Assembly: GCF_031769215.1 (NCBI RefSeq)
Contig: NW_026782221.1
Location: 558,001 to 622,000 of the forward strand
Reading direction: 5' to 3'
Length of the DNA: 64,000 bases
Origin: Ylistrum balloti
Taxonomy: Eukaryota
Shown here in pieces: positions 29,701 to 42,873 of the stretch. The translations under genes and the position numbers were made by a program. Each line of letters begins with the position of its first letter. Positions within the stretch are counted from its first letter, which is position 1. The notes under the pieces are model-generated. The model saw only the letters and a list, made by a program, of their open reading frames with translations, was not told where the DNA came from and ran no database searches.

Positions 29701-32700
29701 CATGTACTGATACCAAAACGTTAGCCAACTACACACTAATACGTACCCACAATGCCATCTGCCCACCATGTGACTGATACCCAAAATTTTGTCAGTCAAC
29801 TACACACCAATACCTACCCACAATGCCATCTGCCCACCATGAGACTGATACCCAAAATTTTGTCAGTCAACTACACACCAATACCTATCCACAATGCCAT
29901 CTGCCTACCATGTGACTGATACCCAAAATTTTGTCAGTCAACTACACACCAATACCTATCCACAATGCCATCTGCCCACCGTGCACTGATACCTAAAACG
30001 TTGTCGGTCAACTACACACCAATACCTACCCACAATGCCATCTGCCCACCGTGTGACTGATACCCAAAAAGTTGTCAGTCAACTACACACCAATACCTAT
30101 CCACAATGACATCCACCCACCATGTGACTGATACCCAAAAAGTTGTCAGTCAACTACACACCAATACCTACCCACAATGACATCCACCCACCGTGCACTG
30201 ATACCTAAAATGTTAGCCAACTACACACCAATACCTACCCACAATGCCATCTGCCCACCATGTGACTAATACCCAAAAAGTTGTCAGTCAACTACACACC
30301 AATACCTATCCACAATGACATCCACCCACCATGTGACTGATACCCAAAAAGTTGTCAGTCAACTACACACCAATACCTACCCACAATGACATCCACCCAC
30401 CACGTGACTGATACCCAAACTGTTGTCAGCCAACTACACACCAATACCTATCCACAATGCCATCCGCCCACCGTGCACTGATACCTAAAATGTTAGCCAA
30501 CTACACACCAATACCTACCCACAATGCCATCTGCCCACCATGTGACTAATACCCAAAAAGTTGTCAGTCAACTACACACCAATACCTACCCACAATGACA
30601 TCCACCCACCATGTGACTGATACCCAAACTGTTGTCAGTCAACTACACACCAATACCTATCCACAATGTCATCTGCCCACCGTGCACTGATACCTTAAAC
30701 GTTAGCCAACTACACACCAATACCTACCCACAATGCCATCTGCCCACCATGTGACTGATACCCAAAACACTGTCAGCCAACTACACACCAATACCTACCC
30801 ACAATGTCATCCGCCCATCATCACTGATACCCAAAACATTGTCAGCCAACTACACACCAATACCTACCCACAATGCCATCCGCCCATCGTGCACTGATAC
30901 CCAAAACGTTGTCAGCCAACTACACACCAATACCTACCCACAATGCCATCTGCCCACCGTGTGACTGATACCCAAAACGTTGTCAGCCAACTACACACCA
31001 ATACCTACCCACAATGCCATCTGCCCACCGTGTGACTGATACCCAAAACGTTGTCAGCCAACTACACACCAATACCTACCCACAATGCCATCCGCCCATC
31101 GTGCACTGATACCCAAAACGTTGTCAGCCAACTACACACCAATACCTACCCACAATGCCATCCGCCCATCGTGCACTGATACCCAAAACGTTGTCAGCCA
31201 ACTACACACCAATACCTACCCACAATACCATCCGCCCATCGTGTGACTAATACCCAAAACGTTGTCAGCCAACTACACACCAATACCTACCCACAATGAC
31301 ATCCACCCACCATGTGCACTGATACCCAAAACGTTGTCAGCCAACTACACACCAATACCTACCCACAATGCCATCTGCCCACCGTGTGACTGATACCCAA
31401 AACGTTGTCAGCCAACTACACACCAATACCTACCCACAATGCCATCGGCCATCATGCACTGATACCCAAAACGTTGTCAGCCAACTACACACCAATACCT
31501 ACCCACAATGCCATCTGCCCACCGTGCACTGATACCCAAAACTTTAGCCAACTACACACCAAAACCTATCCACAATGTTGTCAATCAACAAATACCTACC
31601 CACCATGTCATCTGTCTACCATGTACTGATACCAAAACGTTAGCCAACTACACACCAATACCCCAATGCCATCTGCCCAACGTGCACTGATACCCAAAAC
31701 ATTAGCCAACTACACATCAATACCTACCCACAATGCCATCTGCCCACCGTGCACCGACACCCAAAACCTTAGCCAACTACACACCAATACCAACCCACCA
31801 TGTTGTCAATCAACAAATACCTACCCACAATGCCATCTGTCTACCATGTACTGATACCAAAACGTTAGCCAACTACACACTAATACGTACCCACAATGCC
31901 ATCTGCCCACCATGTGACTGATACCCAAAATGTTGTCAGTCAACTACACACTAATACGTACCCACAATGCCATCTGCCCACCATGTGACTGATACCCAAA
32001 ATGTTGTCAGTCAACTACACACCAATACCTACCCACAATGCCATCTGCCCACCATGAGACTGATACCCAAAATTTTGTCAGTCAACTACACACCAATACC
32101 TATCCACAATGCCATCTGCCTACCATGTGACTGATACCCAAAATTTTGTCAGTCAACTACACACCAATACCTATCCACAATGCCATCTGCCCACCGTGCA
32201 CCGATACCTAAAACGTTGTCGGTCAACTACACACCAATACCTACCCACAATGCCATCTGCCCACCATGTGACTGATACCCAAAACGTTGTCAGTCAACTA
32301 CACACCAATACCTATCCACAATGACATCCACCCACCATGTGACTGATACCCAAAAAGTTGTCAGTCAACTACACACCAATACCTACCCACAATGACATCC
32401 ACCCACCATGTGACTGATACCCAAACTGTTGTCAGCCAACTACACACCAATACCTATCCACAATGCCATCCGCCCACCGTGCACTGATACCTAAAATGTT
32501 AGCCAACTACACACCAATACCTACCCACAATGCCATCTGCCCACCATGTGACTAATACCCAAAAAGTTGTCAGTCAACTACACACCAATACCTACCCACA
32601 ATGACATCCACCCACCATGTGACTGATACCCAAACTGTTGTCAGCCAACTACACACCAATACCTACCCACAATGACATCCACCCACCATGTGACTGATAC

Positions 32701-35700
32701 CCAAAAAGTTGTCAGTCAACTACACACCAATACCTACCCACAATGACATCCACCCACCATGTGACTGATACCCAAACTGTTGTCAGCCAACTACACACCA
32801 ATACCTATCCACAATGCCATCCGCCCACCGTGCACTGATACCTAAAATGTTAGCCAACTACACACCAATACCTACCCACAATGCCATCTGCCCACCATGT
32901 GACTAATACCCAAAAAGTTGTCAGTCAACTACACACCAATACCTACCCACAATGACATCCACCCACCATGTGACTGATACCCAAACTGTTGTCAGCCAAC
33001 TACACACCAATACCTACCCACAATGCCATCTGCCCACCGTGTGACTGATACCTAAAACGTTAGCCAACTACACACCAATACCTACCCACAATGCCATCTG
33101 CCCACCATGTGACTGATACCCAAAACATTGTCAGCCAACTACACACCAATACCTACCCACAATGTCATCCGCCCATCATCACTGATACCCAAAACATTGT
33201 CAGCCAACTACACACCAATACCTACCCACAGTGCCATCCGCCCATCGTGCACTGATACCCAAAACGTTGTCAGCCAACTACACACCAATACCTACCCACA
33301 ATGCCATCTGCCCACCGTGTGACTGATACCCAAAACGTTGTCAGCCAACTACACACCAATACCTACCCACAATGCCATCCGCCCATCGTGCACCGATACC
33401 CAAAACATTGTCAGCCAACTACACACCAATACCTACCCACAATGCCATCCGCCCATCGTGCACTGATACCCAAAACGTTGTCAGCCAACTACACACCAAT
33501 ACCTACCCACAATGACATCCACCCACCATGTGCACTGATACCCAAAACGTTGTCAGCCAACTACACACCAATACCTACCCACAATGCCATCTGCCCACCA
33601 TGTGCACTGATACCCAAAACGTTGTCAGCCAACTACACACCAATACCTACCCACAATGCCATCGGCCATCATGCACTGATACCCAAAAAGTTGTCAGTCA
33701 ACTACACACCAATACCTACCCACAATGCCATCGGCCATCATGCACTGATACCCAAAACATTGTCAGCCAACTACACACCAATACCTACCCACAATGCCAT
33801 CCGCCCATCGTGTGACTGATACCCAAAACGTTGTCAGCCAACTACACACCAATACCTACCCACAATGCCATCTGCCCATCATGCACTGATACCCAAAACG
33901 TTGTCAGCCAACTACACACCAATACCTACCCACAATGCCATCGGCCATCATGCACTGATACCCAAAACGTTGTCAGCCAACTACACACCAATACCTACCC
34001 ACAATGCCATCCGCCCATCGTGTGACTGATACCCAAAACGTTGTCAGCCAACTACACACCAATACCTACCCACAATGCCATCCGCCCATCGTGTGACTGA
34101 TACCCAAAACGTTGTCAGCCAACTACACACCAATACCTACCCACAATGCCATCCGCCCATCGTGTGACTGATACCCAAAACGTTGTCAGCCAACTACACA
34201 CCAATACCTACCCACAATGCCATCCACCCATCGTGTGACTGATACCCAAAACGTTGTCAGCCAACTACACACCAATACCTACCCACAATGCCATCCGCCC
34301 ATCGTGTGACTGATACCCAAAACGTTGTCAGCCAACTACACACCAATACCTACCCACAATGCCATCCGCCCATCGTGTGACTGATACCCAAAACGTTGTC
34401 AGCCAACTACACACCAATACCTACCCACAATGCCATCCGCCCACCATGTGCACTGATACCCAAAACGTTGTCAGCCAACTACACACCAATACCTACCCAC
34501 AATGCCATCCGCCCATCGTGCACTGATACCCAAAACGTTGTCAGCCAACTACACACCAATACCTACCCACAATGCCATCAGATGAAGCAGCCAGCAGCTT
34601 ACACTTCTTTGGCAGCACTTTCCTCACAAGATCACCCACACTACTCAGCATACACTTGGAGGCACGTGGGTGTCTCATGTGATGACGTGTCGGCAGAGTG
34701 AGTTGTTGCTCATACAATTGTGACGTACAATACATAAAAAGAACACTTGGTTCTATCATCAGATCCTGTGGAGACAGATAAAATTTCTAATTTTGATTTT
34801 TTTTTCATTGAAGACAAGTTTTTGCTTTTTATTTTTAAGTCATATTTAGCATTAAAAAGAAATATTTAGATACACAACAAAGTAACTGACTGTAATCAAA
34901 CTTTAAGTGATATGAATGTACAACATGAAGAAGCTTTAACTGTCTATATACCCTTTTGTGTGGCTGAAAATGAGCTATACAAACTATAACTTACACGGTG
35001 CATGATGTTTGACTAAGTACTAAAACTTTCTGAGATGCTTGATATAGGTAGTACACAGTCCATAAAGAAAAACATAGCTGATGAAAATTCTGACCAAGAA
35101 ATGTAAACCATATTTATGGTGTATCAATACACATGTGTGATATTATAACTGGGATTAGAACTGACAAACCCTTCTATACAGAATTTGTCCAACATGCCAC
35201 CATTAATTACGATTTTAAAAATACTTCACCTGTACTGTAGACATTATCACAGCAGCTAACCCATCCAAGATTTCCCCTTCTTCATAACCCACAAAAAAAC
35301 AGGACATACTCTTGCGCCTCTGTTTTACTGTTTTGGCAATCATATTCCAGGTTTTACAGACTCTGTTGAAAAAACATATTTCATATCAAATTTACTTGAA
35401 TTATACTTATACTTCACTTCAGTCTAATGAATTAGTGACAAGGTTCACAAATGTTTTACATTCTTCTGAAATCATCAGATACATGCATAAGGAATAATGA
35501 ATTTTTTTTTATTATTGGGCTAGTGCACTCCCAGCTGGATTTTAACAATTTAACAAAAGCCATTCAGCTGCAAAGCATGGCATTATCCCCAATACCCTGC
35601 TGTACAATTTATTAAAATCCATAAACAAATTAATTAGAGTCAATAATCTCTGGTATGTCTGTAACAGAAAGGAGTAATGAAAAACACCCTGTCACTGCTT

Positions 35701-36934
35701 GGGATTGAACTAGCGACCCTTCGGTCTCTCTCTACCACTCATCTAAAGTGAAATTCCCACTAGCCGAGACTAGTAAGGCAACCTGTACACTGAACTTCTT
35801 CATTTATCATGTTATGTACAAGATATACGTATATGTAAATCAGTTGAACAGTTTTCACTCTGAAGCTCAGAAAAGCATGCACACAATGAAATTTCTATTC
35901 ATACAGATAATTTTTCTATAGTAACAGAAGAATCATGAAAAGGACAATTTTCAAATGGCACAACCTGATGCATGTGTACAAAGGTTTATAATGCAGTTGA
36001 ATGATGGAGTTGTAGGCAGGCTCAAAATGTGGTGCACACAATTAGGACTCATATTGATTACAATTACATTTAAATAAATGAATCTGAATCATCTGTTACT
36101 ACAAGAAGATCTCATCGATAAGTCTGCACATGGACAGAAACCTAGCTATGAAATTGAACAATGGTGAATACAGACATTAGAAGATTGGTAGCCGACTGAA
36201 TCCAGCAACAACAAAACTATAGTTGATTTAAAACACAACAAGACCATTTATAATTGGAGTACGTTACTACATGAGCGAATGGTGTTTCTAGAAGTAAATT
36301 TTGATCCCATGGCTGTAAGCACACAAAATGATGACCAACAAAGATGAGGAAGTGGTGAGGTCTGTTCACAAAGGCTTCAGTTTCAGTGTTGATTTCACTA
36401 AAACCTTGCCCAGGTTAATGTTAGCAAAACAATATTTGTGTGTTTCAATTGCCATCAAAATCACTACTCTTTTCGTCAAATATTTGGGGGAACTGGCTCT
36501 GTTTAAATGTACAAACAGTTGAACGGTTACCTTAACACTGAAACACAGAAATGTTGTCTGGATAACATGTGGTCTATGTTGTTTTAAAACAAGACACTTT
36601 TAAACAACAACTGAAGCTGTATGACATTGTCTAGATAACATGTGGTCTATGTCTTGGTAAAACAGAAACTTTTAAACGGATTCAATAATGTGATGTGTCC
36701 GCAAAAACAAATCATTTTTAAGTTAAATAAGGTTTGAGTTACTTTGTGCAAGGTCTGAGAATTAGCATTATGTCTATTCATCGTAACTTGCAAGTATACT
36801 GTACTGATGTGTTTTACGAAAAACTACCTGGAGCATGCGTTGAGCGATTTTGCCGGTAGATTCCGCAACACCATGCTGGTTATCACTGGTATATTCAAGA
36901 CGACTGCAGCTGATGCCACAGCAGCATGCTCCAT
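26777..36934 (-). CDS. FBXO22: F-box only protein 22 (F-box plus FIST domains), complete, 5 exons, 416 aa
   Basis: Exons in transcript order: 36934-36828, 35362-35230, 34765-34567, 28446-28101, 27242-26777 (1251 nt, phases consistent). F-box VLRNLPAKSLNACSRVCKTW; FIST motifs [44 protein letters not shown] and LYHAYTTI match the FBXO22 family. Confidence 0.93.
27515..28135 (-). repeat. 58-bp tandem array copying the FBXO22 exon 4 / intron 4 junction, about 10.5 units
   Basis: Each unit is the last 35 nt of exon 4 plus the first 23 nt of the intron (GTAGGTGATAAGTGTTATGTGAT on the minus strand). Confidence 0.93.
29130..34579 (-). repeat. 69-71-bp tandem array (about 75 units) copying the FBXO22 exon 3 / intron 3 junction
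   Basis: Minus-strand unit GATGGCATTGTGG|GTAGGTATTGGTGTGTAGTTGGCTGACAACGTTTTGGGTATCAGTCACACGATGGGCG; the first 13 nt are the exon 3 end. Confidence 0.95.
35686..35770 (-). mobile_element. tRNA-derived SINE head fragment
   Basis: Reverse-strand B-box-like AGTTCAATCCC; shares CTAAAG(T/G)GAAATTCC with the copy at about 44940-45010 and CTAAAG with the copy at 45195-45265. Confidence 0.4.
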
Positions 36935-37285
36935 TTTGAGTGTTTACGATTTGCAAACCAACCACGTGACATTCTAAGAATAGAATTCTAAACAGGAACA
37001 AAATCTTTACTTTTGCAGAAAAAAATATGTATCATTCATCTTATCTTTAATATGCTTGTATTTATATTAAACAAAATATGAATGGTTAGATTACATCTTT
37101 GACATTTAGTTGTATGGTTGCGAATTATGAACTACGTCATTCAAACGTTTATCTGGTAGGGAAAAATTAAAGCGTTTCAATGACAAGTACAACTGGTTAC
37201 AAGACGATAAAAAATGTTTACAAATGGCTGACTTCCATCATCGGCAGACCGCTATTTAGACTAGACCCCACTTTTACAAGTAGAT
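36935..37285. promoter_or_regulatory. Shared bidirectional promoter / 5' UTR region of FBXO22 and the CCDC192-like gene
   Basis: The divergent start codons are only 351 bp apart. CpG content is locally higher, and YY1-like AAATGG motifs occur on both strands (CAAAATGGAG at the FBXO22 start; ACAAATGGCTG at about 37220). Confidence 0.6.
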
Positions 37286-40200
37286 ATGGGGTCTGTGAGC
37301 AGTAAATCTAGTCAGGTGCAGGCAGTTCATTTTGAGCCTGAAAGGGACAGACCAGATTTGAGGTATTTGTGTTGATTTGAATAACTAGATTGTTATTCGA
37401 AATATACAAGAATTTTTATTGAGTGCCCAGTATGTTAACCTGAAATCATAAAAAATGCATGAACCTACATGAAACATGCGACACAAAATAATATTTAATG
37501 AAATGAGACAAAAGACATGGACACTATTTACATATTACCATTGCCAGAATTAAACTAAAACATACAGACATCCGAGACAATAAAAAATAGCACGCAGACA
37601 TTTTGAAACATATCACTGAGAGCTGAAGCCAAAACCTTTGCATACGAGGCGACTGAACTTGACACCAAAATACATCTGCAGTACAGAAAATGTCTACTAA
37701 GCTTAAGCATTTAAACATAAATATGTAAAAGCACAGCAACAAGCATGTGGACATTACAAAGATTCTGGAAACTCCTACCTCAAACACATAGTACACCGAC
37801 AGTTCAGACCATCACTGATCTGGAAAGGTCTATGAAATTCCAAAAGCCCCCACACAATACTGAGACATTTTCCTTCTGCACAGATACATTTTGAAAAAAA
37901 TACTGCCTTTGTGTAAAATCTGTTCTAATATTGATAATTGATTAACCTGACCAGGGCAGTCTACCAATACTCACTATAAATATACACTCCTGTCTTCTCT
38001 TTCTAAGCCTTTCCAATCTGACACAACATTGAACCACTGAACTGACAGGAAGAACATGCATGTATAGGTATAATAGTATTCAAGATAAACAATCTGCTGA
38101 AATTTACCAACAAACACATTATCTCACCATGAACACCACAACATGACATAACTGCACTTCTCTACAGAAAGACAATTTGATGACATTCCCAAAAAGCTTG
38201 CCTATATAGGAAGTACACAAAGAGTTTCAAACAAGAGCTGACTAAGTTCACCCGTTTAACAGCAAGGCCAGGCCAGGATTCTGATTTCAAAAGAGAACTT
38301 GTAAATGTCTTTTTTTCCAAGTGATTTTAACAAATGTACTCTGAAACTGATCACTTTCTTTTATCTATTTCACAGACCATCTTCTGGCAGCACCAAAAGA
38401 GCCCAATCTAGGAACTCCAAAGTTGAGGTATAATATACATGTATTAACACTAGTAATTCAAGTGTCTTTGGGCTGGTTACAATTTCTGAAAATACCACAA
38501 TGTCTTCATGGTGGTCAAATGAAATAACTTATCTACCAGTGTCATCAAATTCCTCTGTCTATTCTGTATACTCTGTATCTGTACTTAACAGATTTGTATC
38601 CCCTTGTCAGCTGGTTAGTACTTAACAGATCTGTATCCCCTTGTTAGCTGGTTAGTACTTAACAGATCTGTATCCCCTTGTTAGCTGGTTAGTACTTAAC
38701 AGATCTGTATCCCCCTGTTAGCTGGTTAGTACTTAACAGATCTGTATCCCCTTGTCAGCTGGTTAGTACTTAAAAGATCTGTATCCCCCTGTTAGCTGGT
38801 TAGTACTTAACAGATCTGTATCCCCTTGTCAGCTGGTTAGTACTTAACAGATCTGTATCCCCTTGTTAGCTGGTTAGTACTTATCATATCTACATAAAAT
38901 ATCATTGTCATTTATTTGTGTGCTGGGTAGATGTTCCCAACAATTTAATACTTGTGATAAATTAAGCCATGAGTTTTGATTTTTTTTCTCTTTTTACAAA
39001 GAACGGTGTATTTGAAGATGGGAATGATAAATTACAGGAGGCCCAAAAGAAGATTTCTGAGCTAGAAAAGCAGGTAAGAGTAATGTATTAGAGTACAAAT
39101 GAATGATCATACTATATATATATACTAAACAAAAAAAGAAAGGTAACACTACTTTATTCTGTGATTAATTAATTAACCCCTTCATAAATCCTTACCAATC
39201 ATATACGAATAAAGTAATTGATCAATTCTGATAAAACTGCAGTCATGGTTGATTATTAAACTTTGCGTTCAGTTGATTTTATGCGACTGTAAAGGATGTT
39301 GGGGTCAATTTCAAAGGTAACACCATTAGTAACGGGTATGGCCACCGTTTGCGAAGTAAACAGTATTGCAGCGTTGTCACATGGAACTCGTAAACCGGCG
39401 GATAATTCGAGGAGAGATGTTGTTCCATTCAGTGACCAAGGCTTGGGCCAGCTCCTGCAAGTTTGACAGCTGATTTTGACGTTCTCTCACGCGTCGCCCA
39501 AGAACGTCCTAGACATGCTCAATCGGTGACAAATCAGGTGATTTAGATTGCCAATCTAACACCTGTACATTATTCTGCTGCAAGAAAGTTCTGCTGACGT
39601 GACTGGTGTGCGCAGGTGCATTATCCTGTTGAAATATGGCGCCAACGCCATGGCGTCGTAAGAATTGCAGAACCACTGGTCTTAAAATTTCGTCCCGATA
39701 TCGAATGCCGGTTAAAATGCCATTTAACACAACAAGCCTGGTACGAGTCCCCCCACAAATACCACCCCAAACCATTACAATTCCGCCGCCAAAGCGGTCC
39801 CATTCTGCGACGCAGCAGTTCGCAAAACCCTCCCCTCGTCGCCTCCACACTCGCCTTCCATCACCATGTTGCAGACAAAACCTGGACTCATCTGAACACA
39901 GAACATTGTTCCATTGTCGTAAGGCCCAACGACGGTGAACACGGGTCCAGTTACGCCGATTATTACGGTGACGTCGCAACAAATTGGGTCCAGTGTAGGG
40001 ACGCCGCGCTTTCAACTGGTAGGCCCTCAACCTGTTGCTGACTGTTTGGGGAGACACACGACGCCCAAACAATGTCCTTGTAGTCTCTACTGCGGTTACG
40101 AATCGATTGCACAAGTGTATCAATCGTATACGACGGTCATCCCTGGCGGTCGTTTTACAGGGTCGGCCGCTTCGGGGACGATCGGATGTTGACCCAGTTT

Positions 40201-42873
40201 GGTTTAAATGACTTACTAACTGGCAAATTGTCTTAACACTGCAACCAAAATGCCGTGCAACTCGACGGCGAGACTCCCTAGGCTGGATCATGCCTACAGC
40301 CCTTTCTCTCTGTACTTGTGACAGCCGGGGCATAATGATAAAGTTGATAGATAGCAAGATTGGGTGATTTCTTAGTCCTAAGGATCTAAGGAACAGTTGT
40401 CAGTTTGAATGTTTATGAAATTCAAGCGAAGATACAAGTTAGTCGCAGAAAACTTGCGCAGCTCTTTCGCTAATACAGACCTTCACGCTTGAATGATTTT
40501 GAAAACCCCCTTGGATTTTGTAATGTAAAACATTACCATTTTCTAATATTGCACAAACGTCATTTTGTTTTCACTCATTTACAGGTATTCGCCAAGGAAA
40601 CATGTTAACCTTTCTTTTTTTGTTGAGTATATATATAGATATATGTATCAAAACATCTTAATTTACTTTCACTGCGGGTGGAGACATGTTATACATGTCA
40701 GCATTCCTATTAAACAAATAATTAATTTTTACATATTAATTTTATTCATTTATTTAAGAGTGTATCGGTAAATGATGGAGGCTAAAATATACACTTTTAA
40801 TCCAGTTTATCAGCCTTCTTTTACAAGTTTACCTGTCAATCTGCCAATTTGAATGTTATCATAGTTGGCGGAGACAGAGAGTGAGAACCTTGACCTGCAG
40901 GACCGTGTACAGGGACTGGAATGTCAGCTTGACCAGGCAGCAAAACTACCAACTGTTCAGGAAGTCGAAGAGCCCAGTGATCTGACAGAGACTCTGAAGG
41001 CCAAAGACATGCTCATAGCTAATTCTGAGAAGGAAAAGAAAGCTCTTCAGACAGAGTTAACCAAAATGGTACACATAAGACTTATTTTTAGTATCAAGAT
41101 TCACTTTCTGAACGGGAATTGATCCTTAGAGACTATACAATCAAGTTTTCTGCCAAAGCAACAAACCTGCTGTACATGCTCCTTTTTGGATTTTTAAGTT
41201 TTCCTTTTTTTGTGTTATGTTTTTGCACTTCCTCAGTACACATCATTATCACAGTATCACACTGTAGGATTTCCCATTCTTTTCATTTTTGTATGATTAT
41301 CGTTTCATTATATGTCCTTGTTAATTGCCAAAACCCCATGTTTTGTTTTAATTTCAGTAAATTACTATCCAATTTTACTTTCATTTTTCACCATAAAAAT
41401 GAGTGCTACTCTCTACATGTTATGTTTCGTTTAAATTCATCTAAATCAACAGCTAATTATTTCTTTTCTCAGATGAAATCATTTAAGGTCTTGTTGCCTA
41501 TTTGACATTTTTGATATTAAAAATTTTGTCAGTCAGATTCCCCACCATGAAATGGTGGATATGCTGGCATACAAAAGTTCAGTCAAACTCAATTACATGT
41601 GTTTGATTTTTCTAGAAAAACCGATACAGAAAGCGAATCAAGACACTGATGGGCCAGGTAGCAGAGGCCAAACAGGAACAATCTATCCAAATGTTTGAGT
41701 TACGAGATGAGATCACTCGGCTACGAGAGGAGAACAGGAAAGTTAGAGGTATATACACAAAATATATCTACTACCATTAGACATAAGAAATCCAGAGGTA
41801 ACTCCTCACACACTCTTGATTTGTTCCTCTGAGAAATTGAAACAAACTTGTTTATAGACCAGATATATGACCAGCATGATTTACTTTCTGAGTATTTCTA
41901 AATAAAAAGATGTGTATAAAAAAGATGCTCAGGTATGTGAGATGTCAGGATGCTGACTTAAGATGATCAGGAATTAGAGGTTGGACATCAGATTTGTATT
42001 ACAAAACACAGATAACATTACTCACAGTTGGATTTCTTTATTTCAGAAAAAAGTAGTTCTGCCACCAGCAAAACATCAGGTGAAAATGCTGAAGCACCAC
42101 AGGGTTCAAACAAAATGATGATTGTGTTAGAACTATCCAATCAGGTTTCTGAGCAAGCAGATACCATCAACAAACTGGAGAGAGAAAACAACGAAAAACA
42201 GCTGATTATTGATAAACTTTTAGCAGAAACAAAAAATGGAAGTAAAGCAAGTTACTTTTCACTTAATCGTGAAGATTTGGAAAAAGATAAAGAAATAGAG
42301 GAAAAAAATTCTTTACAGAAATTATCTTCTGGTTTAGGACAATATAAAAAACCTCCTCTATCAGGAGGGATTGATAGAACAATGAAAAATGACATTGATA
42401 TTGAGGGTGAGCGAAATTGTTCTGGTGCTAGTAGAGACTCTGGACTGGGATCTGCTGACAAAAATGGTAGAATTCCACCAAAGTTAACTCGAGGTTCATC
42501 AAAGCTGTCCACTCTTTCAGACTCTGATTGGGAGTCAGATGAACCGTTGTCTGTACAATCTAAAATTCACAGTGCTCCAGCTGATGTTCAAGCCAAGCGG
42601 ACAGCATCCAGGTGCAGTACAATAAGCAACAAAACTACAGAAGATGATGGTATATTTGTGGACGATAATGCCTCCATATCATCGCTGACTAAAAAATCAA
42701 AGAAACTGTCATACCTTCAACGAAGGTTTCGCTCAGACATTGGACATGGAGACACAACTAGATCACCACTGCCAGCAATGAATGCATTTGAAAATGAGAC
42801 CAATTCAGAAAATAAACAATTTTTCCTCACCCAGACTGATTCCCCCATCAGCGACTCAGTGCCAATCTACTGA
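37286..42873 (+). CDS. CCDC192: Coiled-coil protein, CCDC192-like, complete, 6 exons, 454 aa, N-terminal MGSVSSK
   Basis: Exons 37286-37362, 38376-38427, 39002-39073, 40865-41068, 41616-41748, 42047-42873 (1365 nt, phases consistent). Heptad-rich segments KNRYRKRIKTLMGQVAEAKQEQSIQMFELRDEITRL and KMMIVLELSNQVSEQADTINKLERENNEKQLIIDKL resemble vertebrate CCDC192 as I recall it (KLKHEKKVKKLQ...VLELNEKIKTL; KISLIMELSTQVSLQTERITQL). The gene model is well supported; the symbol is a recalled match, not a database result. Confidence 0.75.
38581..38885. repeat. Minisatellite, 37-bp unit x8, in intron 2 of the CCDC192-like gene
   Basis: Unit GTACTTAACAGATCTGTATCCCCTTGTTAGCTGGTTA. Confidence 0.9.
39123..40629 (-). 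mobile_element. Tc1/mariner DNA transposon (DD34E), in intron 3 of the CCDC192-like gene, antisense
   Basis: Imperfect TIRs of about 26 bp (TACTAAACAAAAAAAGAAAGGTAAC / GTTAACCTTTCTTTTTTTGTTGAGTA) are flanked by TA within (TA)n runs. The transposase has SDESRF, FQQDNAPAH and SPDLSPIE, with 34 residues between the second D and the E. Confidence 0.93.
39326..40333 (-). pseudogene. Tc1 transposase with two premature stops
   Basis: The frame runs from MPRLSQVQRERAVGM to NGGHTRY* (336 codons). It carries TAG at 39509-39511 replacing the conserved Trp of IEHVW, and TGA at 39377-39379 (probable CGA>TGA). Confidence 0.88.

Noticed and set aside
24582-34579. CRISPR-like appearance of regularly spaced repeats
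   Set aside because: Units are contiguous with no unique spacers, there are no cas genes, and the context is eukaryotic.
29358-34701. Many plus-strand ORFs of type TDTQNVVSQLHTNTYPQCH
   Set aside because: Antisense translations of the FBXO22 intron 3 array.
39616-40192. Plus-strand ORFs of 85-141 aa over the Tc1 element
   Set aside because: Antisense shadows of the GC-rich transposase frame.
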